Origin: Selaginella moellendorffii
Lineage: Eukaryota; Plantae; Lycopodiophyta
NCBI RefSeq assembly: GCF_000143415.4
Contig: NW_003314271.1
Location: 868,001-932,000, forward strand
Direction of reading: 5' to 3'
Length of the DNA stretch: 64,000 nt
A program made the position numbers and the translations under genes. The notes under the pieces were generated by a model. It was not told the DNA's origin. It ran no database searches and saw nothing but the letters and a program-made list of their open reading frames with translations. This document shows positions 48,609 through 61,081 of this stretch, piece by piece; positions within the stretch are counted from its first letter, which is position 1; each line of letters opens with the position of its first letter.

Positions 48609-51600
48609 TGTGACACATAAATCCCTAAACCCCAAAATGGAGCTGAAAGGGTGCTACATGGTAGTGGCTGAAGCGAAAGCCAAATGAGTGTAACATGTTT
48701 GGACTAAAAGCTCTGACTTGAAAGGTCGAGAGCAAGAGTGGAACTCTCAATGAAGTGCTCAAAGAACAAGCACGAAGCGAGTAATAAGTGAGTCTTTAAA
48801 AAAGGGACATAAAAGGACCAACACATGACACGTGGAAGAGTCCAAGATAGACCTGAGATGGACCCGAGATGGAGTCCAAGATAGAGTCTTAGATGGACCC
48901 AAGATGGACCCAAGATGGAGTCCGAGATGGACCCAAGATGGAGTCTGAGATGGACCCGAGATGGAGTCTGAGATGGAGTCCGAGATGGACCCGAAATGGA
49001 GTCTAAGATGGACCCGAGATGAAGTCCGAGATGGACCCAAGATGGACCCAAGATGGAGTCTGAGATGGACCAGAGATGGACCCAAGATGGAGTCTGAGAT
49101 GGACCGAGATGAAGTTCAAGATGGAGTCCAAGAAGAACCTGAGATGGAGTCCAAGGTTAAGACCAAAACTGAGACTGAGACCGAGACCAGGACTGAGACC
49201 GAGACAAAGGCCGAGGCCGAGTCCGAATTCAAGTTCGAGTCCAAGGGTGAAAGCCCAAAGCATTTGTCTCCCAAACCTTAGGGTTTGGTAAGCTCCAAAA
49301 GTATAATAGGGCGAGCACTCCAATGAAGCTAGTTTGGCCAAGGAAGGTTATACCGAAGTGTTAGGTGATGGGATAACCATTGGGAAGTCTAAGGCTAAAG
49401 TGAATACAGACTGACAAGTGGGGTAGCCTGGTGAAGTGTTCAAGAGTCAGCTCTAGTTCCCTGGGGAGATCAAATGGTCGATGCTCCCAGTCCAAGCATG
49501 GGTGGCACTATCTACTTGGATATCTAGCGTGGCTCAACGGAACCTCGCTCTAAGCTCATGGTTAGAACACCCAAAGGCGGAAAGTGGGGAGAGTACCCAT
49601 AAGGCTTGCGTAAGGCCACGGTGTTTTGAAATGTTATCCCAAAGTCCTAAGCTGTGAAAAGGAAGAGGACTAAAGATATGGTCACATGGTGAGGAAGTCC
49701 CAAAGGATAATGGGACTTAGAGGTCGGGCCTGTGAGCCTTGTTCCAGTGGCAATGTTGACAAACATAGCCATGGACAAAAAGGGATTTGGTGGGGACTAA
49801 AAAAGGGATATTAGGGAAGGCTATTCCCCATGTTTGTAAACATCTTAAGGATGCTAAGGAGTGGATCTAAGGTGACCACTCATGGACGGATGACCTAGTC
49901 TTGGAGAGATAGGACTGTGATGCAGGTGGTATTGGACCACCAGTGTGGCAAAGGTGATTGGGCATGGCTTTAGTGTAATGGGCTGATATATTTGTGGTAC
50001 CTTTGAGTGCCGGCCATGGGACTAGACACATGGAGCACTTGGACCAAGTGCAAGGGTTGAGTGGTAGAGATGCCATTCTCAAGGATAGCAAACCCCAAGT
50101 TCGGAATAGAACTTATGAAAGTTGTGAGTGAGACTCCTCCATGTGGTTGATGGTGTGGTTAAGTGACTAAAGTAGAATGAAAAATTTAGTCACTTACAAT
50201 TTGGTATTGGAACTATTCCTTAGTTTGACTTTTATTGCTGCTCAAGTATATCACCACTTGTATTAGCATTAGAAGGTCCAAGGAGTGGGCTTATCATTGA
50301 GGAGTAGCAGGTTGGGAGGATATGGCTCTCCACTATAGTTCATGTGTGAACTTGTAGGCAAGGTGGTGGATAGAAAAAGGCCAATAAAGGAACGACTTTG
50401 GGATCTTGGGAACAGTATAAAGTTTTCCTTAGAGAGTTGAGGATGTGATCTAGATAAGCATTTGACTAAGAAAACTGGCAGATATAGTTGTGGTAAGCAA
50501 CTATAGTTGGGATCGCGGGAAAGCTAAAGACTCCAAAACAATAAAGGAGTCACAAAATTATCCTTATATAGTTGAGGCTGGTGCTCATGAATTTGAAAGC
50601 GGAATTAATGACTATGAGAGGTTAAATGAGGACACAAGTCCTTGAAATGGTAGCTGGGGCTACCTTTTATAAATGTTGGAACAAACCCAAGGAGTTAGGG
50701 TGTACTTAGAGGATGAATCAGTATTTTCATCGTAAGAACAGATAGTCCCAAGGGGCAAAGGTAGCCCACAAAGAATGAAAAATAATCAAGTGTTGGAATA
50801 ACACTTGTAATGGTGGTCCTTGTGAGTAAGACATGAATACAAGAAATTGTATTCCAATGAGCTAGCATCTCAAAAGTAGGACCCTATGGGTCATGGGATT
50901 ACTAAAGTCCAAAAGTTGAATGACTTGAATGGAGTCAAGGAATAGTTTTAAAGGATTAATAAAAGCATTTGGACTGAGGTGTGTTGTGCCTTACGAAGGA
51001 TGGGGAAGATTATACGATCCAAATATGAGAACAGTGGTTATCTCATTGATGGTGGAATGTGTCATACTAAAGTCATGGAAAATGTGTTCTTAGAGAAAAC
51101 AATTTTGACACAAAATGGTGTATAAACTCTATAGTGTAGTGCTAATAAATAGTTAGCATGAGAAAGAATTGTATTGGTTTTAGCAAGGACTTAAACATGA
51201 GAAAGAAGTGTCATAAATGTAAACTCATGGAGCCAACAATGTGGAAACACCGAATGTGCCAAGGCGTGATGCCTTGAGGTCAAGTTGGTCGGTTCATGAG
51301 AACCCCTTCCCAAAAGAATTCTAATAGAAATAAGAATGGCATAGCCTAAGTTAGAAGGCATGCAATTGAAGTGTGGTGACCTAAATAATGATGGAGGTGT
51401 GAAAGCACCAACAATGAGTTGTAAGACTTGACAACTATAAGGCAACTAAGCAAAAGGTGCAAAATAATTGGTTAAGCTGGTAGAAGGTAACTAACAAGAC
51501 TTTTTATTGGGATAAAGAAATTAAATATACCCTTATGGGGGATAAATTGCTTATGTTGAAATATAGTAAATCAATGTCGTAAAAAAAATGCTCATTGTCA

Positions 51601-54600
51601 AAGGGGCCATCATTGGGACACCCAAACACTCTAGAATACTAGGAGGTGGTGTTTGGTGTCATGAGGGCAATAGATAAGGTCCAAGGGACTAAATCCCTAG
51701 CGAATAAAGGATAGGAGGTGCTATCCAAATGTCCAAAGTTGCGAAGATGGGAGAAGTCCGTCTACCCGAATTAAACAAAGCCAAAATGGGATTTTGGCAA
51801 GGTTAGTGATGGGCATATAAAGGCTTATATATAGCAATGTTAATCCCATTATGTGGAATTACAAGGTGAGCATACCCGGATTGAAGAACCACCCTAGACT
51901 ATCGGGTAGGTTCATCCCTAAAAATACTTGCTAAGGTATGGTAAAAAAGACAAAGCTATCCTTCTATTGTAGAGGAAAATAACTAAAGGAAATGTATGAG
52001 GCCAAAAAACAAATATTAAGTGGATAGAACTGAACCATAGAAATCAAAGGGCGTAACTAAGGTTAGTTATGTAAGTTGGGAGTGGAAAATCAAGTGCGCG
52101 CTCAAGCATATTATTACTAGCAACCGTGGCGAAATGAGAGGCCTTAGCAAGCTAAGGGACAAAGTTCCTTTAAATTTCTCAAAGACAATTCTAGATAACT
52201 TAGTACCTAGAAAAGCCAAGTGTAAATGGTATGCACGAAATTAGAGTGGCACAGCAGAAGCGTGGTCTTGAAACTTACCATAAGGCAAGGCTATCAAGGT
52301 TAAGGAAGTAGTTCCCGAGTGTTCAAAAGGATGGCTTTGAACGAAAGTTGATGATCAAGGACTTTCACGCTTATGCATGAACCATGTTACGGTAGTCGGA
52401 TGACTTGCTAAGCGAGGTTAGCAAATCAGGGGAACAAGTACCTTAGTTGAAAGTGCTAACTTAAAAAAAGGGCTGCCTATGGGGCTAAGCATGGAGGAGT
52501 CCATGCATGATCATAAACTTGTTAAGTGAGAGGACTTGATAGTGTAAAAGAACTAGGTTCCTAAGCTGTGATCCGTAGCGCACTTTGAGTATAAATTGGT
52601 GCACCAGCATAAAGAGTCATGCTTGGCATCCTGGGTGATACCATCCATAGATGCATATACGGAGGTTGAGTTCGAGTCCCAACCCTCTAGTGTTTGGGTT
52701 CGAGTCCCAAATCACTAGAGTGTGGTGATAGTTTGGAATACGAGGACAATCATGTTTTGGTGGTCATAGACTCTTAGTGAGGAGACTGACTTGGGCACAC
52801 TGCCAAACGAGGGATGCCGCGGAGTCGTGATGTATGGTTAAATTGCTTAGAGTGAAAGCTTAGCATATCTAACTTGAATACTTTGGTGCAAATGGCACCA
52901 AAAACATGGTGAATAAGATGGGGACATCTAGTCTTAGTTTCTATAGACCCTTGGCCAAAAGGGTTGACTTGGGTGCACTGCCAAGTGTGGGGGATGCCTC
53001 TGGGGTCATGGTCAACAAGTTAAAGGTCTGGAAGACTTAATACTTATTGGTAGACCTGTTAAGGTGACAAAGGTTAGATCACTAAGTGATCTTACGGCTA
53101 AACAAAGATAAAGTCTTTATGAGGTTAAAGAATAAAATTCTTAATTCAAAGTGTTGATTTGAATTATTGGTAATGGTGTAGCTTGGTCGAGGTGACCAAG
53201 TGGGAAGGTCACCTAAAGGGAAATCAATTGTGTTGATACGATAGTATAGTGAATCCAAGAAAGTAGTCTCTAGAAAAGACCTATAAAAGGGTCACAAAGT
53301 GGGGTTATAGATGGAGCCCATAGCAAAAAATGCTAAAGAAACCTACTAGGGGTGAACACCCTCTAGATTTAGCAAAGTAGAGCTTTTGCCATAGAACCAA
53401 AAGGATACCTCGAGAATGGAGGTAGTGATCCTATGTTACTTGGAGCAACAATCAACAAATAGGAGTAAAAAATACTAGTGGCCAAGTGTGGGCCATAGAA
53501 TTCATTGGAAAGAATCCAAATGACAAAGTTAGGCGAGGAACACTAATGTGTTGGATGCTAACGAATTGTGGGAAAGGAAGTGTGTTTCCAATGATGGATT
53601 CCCAAATGCTCCAATTTGGCAAAGGTGAAAGCTCCAAAAGAGGGAGTGGCAAGGTAGCCAAATGATAGGGTCATGGACAGCTCTAGCATAACTTATAATA
53701 GCTAGAACTTAGTGCCAAGATGGCACGAAATAGAAAGAGGATTATAGTGCCCTCAAGTAAAAAACTTCCTATGATGGGGAAGTGGAGTTTGCACAAATAT
53801 ATGCAATGAAAAGTGTCAGAAACACCTAAGAAATTGACTTCGAGAAGTCAAGATTAAAAGTTCCAAAGAGGAATGGTTATATCGATAGAAGTTGAGACTA
53901 CTGGAAAATAAATAGTGGGATTGAAATAGAGAAGGTGTCTCTAATGGGTTTAGCGAGAGCTAAACTAATAAAAGAGAAAGAACCATTTGAGGTGGTCAAA
54001 TGAGTCTCTATGTTAGAGACACTATGCTCTTTAGAGGTTGGACAAGGCATGGTGAGCCTTTGGTGTCAAACCATTGACAAATATTGGTTAGGTGCCAAGG
54101 ATGGAAAAGGTAATACATGCTGATGTTACTTTATAAAATGGTTTATCGTTCGATGAGGACATCAAACTTCGTCTATGGGTGGTGGAGTTGTGAGACACAA
54201 ATCCCTAAGCCCCAAAATGGAGCCGAAAGGGTGCCACGTGGTAGTGGCCAAAGCAAAAGCCAAACGAGCGTCACGTTTAGACTAAAAGCTCCAACTTGAA
54301 AGGTCGAGAGCAAGAGTGGAACTCCCAATGAAGTGCTCGAAGAACAAGCATAAAGCAAGCAATAAATGAGTCTCTAGAAAGGGACACAAGAGGACCAACA
54401 CATGACATGTGGAGGAGTCTGAGATAGACCTGAGATGGAGTTCGAGATGGACCCGAGATGGACCCGAGATGGAGTCTGAGATGAACCCAAGATAGAGTTT
54501 GAGATGGAGTCCGAGATGGAGTTTGAGATGGACCCAAGATGGAGTCTGAGATGGACTGAGATGGAGTCCGAGATGGACCTAAGATAGAGTCCAAGATGGA

Positions 54601-55794
54601 CCCGAGATGGACCCGAGATGGACCCGAGATGGAATCTAAGATGGAGTCCGAAAAGGACCCGAGATGGAGTCCGAGATCAAGACCGAGACCGAGACCAAGA
54701 CCAAAACTGAGATTGAGACCAAGACTGAGATTGAGGCCGAGACAGAGGCCGAGGCCGAGTTCAAGTCCGAGTCCAAGTCTGAGTCCAAATCCAAGTCCGA
54801 GGGTGAAAGCCCAAAGCATTCATTTCCCAGTCCCTAGGGGGTTTGGTAAGCTCCAAAAGTATAGTAGGGGGAGGACTCCAGTGGAGCTAGTTTAGCTAGG
54901 AAAGGCCAATTTGGCCCAGGAAGGCTGTACCCAAGTGTTGGGTGATGGGATAACCATTGGGAAGTCCAAGGTTAAAGTGAATATGGACTAACAATCGGGG
55001 TAGCTTGGTGAAATGTTCAAGAGCCAGCTTTAGTTCCCCTGGGAGATCGAATGGTCGATGCTCTCAATTTAAGCATAGGTGGCACTACCTACCTGGATAT
55101 CTGGCGTGGCTCAATGGAACCTCGCTTTAAGCCTATGGCTAGAGCACCCAAAAGTAGAAGGTGGGGAGAGTACCTATAAAGCTTGTGTAAGGCCACGGTA
55201 TTCCGAAATGTTATCCCAAAGTCCCATTCTGTGAAAAGGAAGAGGAGCAATCCTTTAGTGTAGTGACTAAGGATATAATCACATGGTGAGGAAGTTCCAG
55301 AGGACAGTGGGACTTAGAGGTCGGGCCTATGGACCTTGTTCCAGTGGCAATGTTGGCGAACACAGCCATGGATAGAAAGGGACTTAGTGGGGACTAAAAA
55401 AGGGATATTAGGGAAGGTTGTTCCCCACGCTTGCGGACATCCTAAGGATGCTAAAGAGTGGATCTGGGATGACCACTCATGGATAGATGGCTCAGTCTTG
55501 GAGAAACAGGACTGTGATGTAGGTGGTATTGGACCACTAATGCATAAAGGTGATTGAGTATTGCCTTAGCGTAATACACTGATATGTCGATGGTACCTTT
55601 GAGTGTCAATCATGGGACCAGACATGTGGAGCACTTGGACCAAGTGCAAGGGTTGAGTGGCAAGGATGCCATTCTTAAGGCTAGTAAGCCCTAAGTCTGG
55701 AATAGGACTTATAGAAGTTGTGAGTGAGACTCTTCCAAGTGGTCGAAGGTGTGGTTAAGTGGCTAAAGTAGAATGGAAAATTTAGTTGCTTACA
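48609..55794 (+). mobile_element. Full-length LTR retrotransposon with non-coding or decayed ~4-kb internal region
   Basis: LTRs 48609-50198 and 54189-55794 (TG..CA), TSD CAATT (48604-48608 and 55795-55799), PBS-like ttggtat at about 50200, purine-rich tract gggtggtggag before the 3' LTR. Confidence 0.93.
48835..49245 (+). repeat. LTR minisatellite (GAGATGGACCC / GAGATGGAGTCC units, then 6-bp GAGACC units); second copy 54412-54800
   Basis: Visible interspersed 11/12-bp units in both LTRs, in different order and number. Confidence 0.9.
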
Positions 55795-56399
55795 CAATTA
55801 TTTAAAAGTGCATTTACTTTTTTTAGTATACAGTTTGTGTTTATGCAACTTTTGAAACACCAACTTCAAGTGTTTCAAATGATCTTTCAACATTTCATTG
55901 AAGACTAAAACATCATTGATATATAAGATAACAAATGTGTTTAAATAATTTCTAAATATTCTATCCATCATTATATTGAATGTTGCTAAAGCATTGTATA
56001 ACAAAATGACATAACAAAGAACTCATAAAATCCATATCAAGTTTTAAAGGTTGTCTTCTCCACATCTTGATTTGCCACTTATATACGGTGATATTCGGAT
56101 TACAAATTAAGTCACATAAAATACTTAACCTTTAAGAGTTGGTTAAATAAGTCATTAATGTGAGGCAAAGGATAACTATTTTTAACTGTGATCTTCTTGA
56201 GAGCCCAATAGTTGATACACATCCTTATGATAGCACCCTTTTTCATAATAAAAAGGACTGGCACTCTATAAAGTGAATTGCTTAGTCGGATATAATTTTT
56301 GTCAAAAAGTTTCTAAGTTCAACCATCTCCTTGATGTTCAAATGATATAAAGCTTTTATAGATGGTTTAGAAAACTAATAAGCCGGGCCAAGTATACTT

Positions 56400-57570
56400 G
56401 GCTAAATTAACACTTAAGAATTCCTTCCTTATACTTATCTAGTCAAGTACAAATGTTAAGTCTAATTTATTAACACTTGGACAAGAGGGGTTGATAAAGG
56501 AAACTAATAGTACTGATATTTTGCCATCATGACAATAAGGAGAAAGTGTCTATAAGGGCTACCAACAAGTATCTTTTGATACTTGAAGTTATACTTGCAA
56601 TTACTACCTTACTGCCACGATGACAAAAAATTAGTATTGTTAAACCCTTTATTAGTCTCCACCTAAGCTAGTTGAGAAACTAGTCATCATGTATATAGGA
56701 ATTTTTATATATTTCTTGCTGAGCATACTCGGCCTTGATATAAGAAACTCATATGTTAGCTTGCATTTGCTAGTATTAGAAACCCCCATGATATTGAGCT
56801 TATTAACTCAATATTGCCACATGATAATTTACTATATTTGCCAAACACTCTCACTATTATGCCCCATGTGGGTGTTTAGTCTTGTGTCCAAGTTCACAAT
56901 TTAGCACCATTTCATATTTATTAACTTTCACACTTATTTTAGAGATTAACTCTTAGTATTAAGGGTGACTATGGGTGAAAGCATGTGTTCTGTAAAGGGA
57001 GGGGGGGTGGGGTGCTTGTGAGGGGTTCTAAATGTATAGTAGGGATAGTGGGTAAATCAGGCATGGCCAACTAATATATGGGATAGTCTAACTCTCACTT
57101 GTATGCTTGTCTTTGTTTTGTGTCCAATTTAAATCTAAGCCCAAGTTCCATACTATGCTATCTGGTGGAGTACCTATATCCTCACGTTAGTCCACCAGTA
57201 TACTAAAATAGCACTAAACTCCATTTGGCTCCATTTTGTGTGCTGATCTTGGCATTCAGATGCTAAAAACTCTATGACTATTTCAAAGTCATTTTAGGCT
57301 TTTGTCTTTTTACTTATTAGGCTGAACATTCAAGAGTCACTTCGTGCTCCAATTCCTTTGTTCCTTTACTGTAATTTTGGGAGTTTGGCTTTGTACCTTC
57401 ATTCAGTGGCCTAAGGCTTTAAAACTCTAGTTCCATTCCATTGTCTTTTTACATGTGGCATGTGACATGTGACATATAAGGTTTAAGTTCCACTTCGTGG
57501 TTATCCTATAGTAATTCACCATAGAATAAAGGGTGAAAATTACATTTGCTACATTTGGTATCAAAGGATG
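56400..57570 (+). mobile_element. LTR of a second family followed by a tRNA-Met-type PBS; 5' boundary uncertain
   Basis: Ends ..ttgctaCA at 57553, then tttggtatcaaag (cf. TGGTATCAGAGC). Colinear with 30906-31939. Confidence 0.75.
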
Positions 57571-59752
57571 AGTCTTAACAAGTACTATCTAATGAGATTG
57601 AATAATTAGTCTCATTACATACACAAAGATGAAAATGATGATCTGAGTAGGTACACATTTAGGTGGTAAAACTTCACATTCATTTCTTGGGTATGAATTT
57701 TAATTATCTTTTGTATTATATTGTGTGAGCTTGCACTTAAGCTTATAAAATGGATGTGAAATGTTCTGTTTGCACGAGTTTGTGCTTAGGCTTGTGAATG
57801 AGGCATATTAGCAACTCAAGGTTACACTTTAAGTTGGCAAAATTAATTTTAGCCTATGAATTATTGTCAGAAAAGTAAACTTCCTTTGGGTTTGCTAAGA
57901 GTGGCAAATAAGTACTCTATATTTATTAGCATGGCACTAGTGGATCTTTTTTAGGCATGATTATAAATAGATTAATCAAGATTGTAAGGATTAGTCTATT
58001 GATTTAAGTAGTCATTACTGTGCTCTCTTATAAACTTTTCTTGGATTGAATTAAAGGCAATGTGAACACAAGAGTAAAGTTTAGTCAAGTTAAGTTTGAA
58101 AAGAGAGTCATCAGGGATAAAGGATTAAACACATAAATCATTTTCTTTTTTTAGAGAAATAATTTATAACAAAATGTTAACTTATTATTCATATTCACAT
58201 CATGCAATCAAAAATCCTTACCTTAATGCATATTAATTATGATAGTGTTACAAGTGGTGAATAATAAAGATGGATAGTGGTGAAATGGTAAACCATTTTA
58301 CATAGGGTTGTTATTGAAGTAGTAAGGATGTTTACTCTGTGGGATAGACCTTAGCTTCCTCTGCTGCTAGTATCACAATATTAGTAGAAAAGTTCTCATT
58401 AGCCAGGAAGATGAGAGACTTTATGCAAGTTTTAATAGGTGTGTACTGTTTTTTCTTTTGTGCATGTGTTTACTGATGCTGCTTCCCAGGACAAAAGTCT
58501 GTTGATGTTGATCAAAGAACTTGAGGAGAGGAACGTGGCAATGCACTATTTCAAAGACGGATACTGATACTGGATGGTGCTAATGAGAAAGTGCAACTTG
58601 ACTCGACTATTGAAGCGGCTATGGCTGTCTTGAACCGAGGTGGGAGCATACAGACAGCATCAGCTCATGCCACCTCTGCCTCAAATGAAGTCAACGCAAG
58701 GAATTGGGTTCTTGCCAAGACCTCCTCCTAGGAGTGTTTCAGTGATGAGAGCGATGACGAAATGGCTTTTGGATCTGGTTGGCTTTGGAAACTGCAGAGA
58801 GAATTTTCAGCGACGCATCTGAAGATCGAGATGAGAAAGAACAGATTGACAGAGTGGCATCGAGGTGCCTGCACGGATGCTTACAGTGGTCCTGCTATAT
58901 TTGCACGTTTGTCCGACTGGGATCCTCTTCGCCACAGTTGAAATGGTAAGGTAATTCTTGAGTTGTGTTCTGCGGGCTAAAACGGTATTTTTTGGTTTCA
59001 GGCATTCTCTCCTTTGCGACCTTTTCTTTGGTGCCAAGTTTGGTAGAGAGGGTGGATTGCATCGGTCACGATAGAGTACAAGTCAACGCCGTTGTTGCCG
59101 TCCAGGATATTTCGGTGTACGTGCTTGTAACCAGCGTCTCATCTTGTTAACCGCACAAGTCATTCAGGTCCCTACGTGGAGTTCTTAACTTACAGCTTCT
59201 CTGGAACATTGGAGGAGCTCTTGAATTCCACGCCTCCGCGCGCTTGCACGCTGTGGCGAGAACCGAGATGGTGCTTGTGGCTCGCGTCATCAGCAGTGAA
59301 GCGAAAGACGTGTGCTATGTATACTATTCTTCCACTTCGCCGTGTGGCTATCTTTCTTCTTTTGCTTGACGCTGTCCAGAGCTTGGTGCGTTTATCCAGC
59401 ACTTGAAGAAGCGTGACGGGGCGGCCCTCGCTCAGGCCGTCAGAAAGATGCAGGCCCGAGAACTTGCGAGAGTTTTCCAGCTCAAGGAGCCCGCCGTGTA
59501 AGTAATAACAGGCAGAGCTTGGATACAGATCGATATCCAAGCTCTCGTGTTGTGGTAAGGAGCACGACTTTTTTCCTTCGCTTCCTCTTCTTCCTGTGGC
59601 CTTTTTCGTCTCTCTCCTTTTTTGTACTCTTGTTGTCTTCTCACTCTTGACGAAACTTAGCTTGTTCTCTCTTTTTTTCTTCTTTCTGGAGATTCGTGTT
59701 CCTGTGATGGATCCTCTCGATTAATTTTTTCGTTTTTCTCTTTGCAGGTGAT

Positions 59753-60690
59753 ATGGATATGGACGCTCAGCACACCACCATGAACGAGAAGCAAACGTCC
59801 CGCCTCTGGAGGCCTGTGGCAGTTCTTCCCCGACACCGAGGACGAGGAGATGGAATCGCCAGCGCAGACAAGTGGAAGAAGCTGGTCCAAAAGCACAGTG
59901 CCGACTCCAAGTGGCAAGACATCCCCATGGAGCTCCTGGTGCGGATACTAGCGCTGGTCGACCACCGCACGGTTTTGTGGCCTCTGGCGTGTGCACCAGC
60001 TAGTAAGATGCCTTGTCTCTTGGCATCCTGGAGCTTTCATTCTCTTGGTAAGCTCGCGTTTGCTTTTTTTTTTTTTACCAACTCTGCAAAGCCTTGGGTC
60101 GCTCACTGGTTTTGTTTACCGTGTTGTTGGCTGGGATCATCTACAGGTGTGCGAAGAGCCGTGGCTTACAAGTTCTACTGCGTGCAGAGCTGTAACTTGC
60201 GAAGATGCACACTATCTCTCGTGCTTGGACTTGTCGAACGGGAGGTCGAGAGGTCCTTGGTGGCTTTGGCAAACGGGTGCCAGAAGCTCGACCTGAGTGG
60301 CTGCATTGGGATTAGTGGTGCCCGGCTCCTGAACCTATGCGGATGCGACAATGCGGGGTCGGACAACGCTTTGAAGGTAAGTCGAGCAAAACCTTGCTTT
60401 GCTTCCTTTTCTCAACTTCTTGTTCTTTCCTACAGGGCTCCGTGCGACAGAATCACTGACGACGGAATGTCGGCATTTGCTTGGCTATTTGATGTCCCGA
60501 CTGGCGAGGAGTCGAAGTTGCCATCTTATCTCCTGACACGGCTTAAACACTCGGCGTGTCGTTTCTCTGTTTCGATTCTTATCTTGTTCTGCTTTGGCTT
60601 TTCCAGACGTGAGCGTGATTGCACTGGCCGAGAAGTGCCACCGCTTGGGATATCTTGGGCTGTACTGCTGCGACTGCCGCTAGAAAATAG
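59753..60690 (+). pseudogene. SKP2A/B-like F-box/LRR pseudogene
   Basis: KWQDIPMELLVRILALVDHRTV, LVALANGC-QKLDLSGC, LNLCGCDNAGSDNALK, CDRITDDG, VSVIALAEKC..LGLYCC, with frameshifts and internal deletions. Confidence 0.75.
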
Positions 60691-61081
60691 AGGAAAAGTC
60701 TGGAGAGCTAGGCATTTCATTCCAGCCTCCAGAGCAGCAGTGCCAAGCTCTCGGTGAGTGAGCGCGAAAGAGAAGGAACCAAAGCTTAAGCGGAGCGGTC
60801 GCGTGGCGAAGTTCATGGCTGGACAAACTGGCTCTTTTTCCACTTCTTCTCTTCGAAAGGTGTAGTCCAGCAAGACACCGGCAATCAATGAATCGAAATG
60901 GAGGACGGTTTGGCGATTATTTTCTGTGGAATAGGGCAAAGTTCTCTTCCTCGCTCCATTGACTCTTGGCAACGTAGTCATGGGCTACCAACCTATCCCA
61001 TTACCACGGATTTTCTTTATAATAATACAATACGGGGTGGAAGACCAATCCGTGGTGAGATACCCCTGCGTATATTAGGTC

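Larger units (their letters stand above)
47990..56360 (-). mobile_element. Degenerate Ty3/gypsy pol (RT-RNase H) split by a nested LTR element
   Basis: 55800-56360 RT (YPLPHINDL, YHRI, YEF.VM, ATF..YINDVLVF..KSKC) continues at 48603 (NFLGHIV..MDPKKV..GYYCKFV..FEVHCDIS..IGAVL). Confidence 0.85.

Noticed and set aside
48704-49341. Repetitive ORFs (MESEM.., GPSWVHL..) and a CRISPR-like look of the repeats; same at 54277-54895
   Set aside because: They are translations of the LTR minisatellite; there are no unique spacers or cas genes and the context is eukaryotic.
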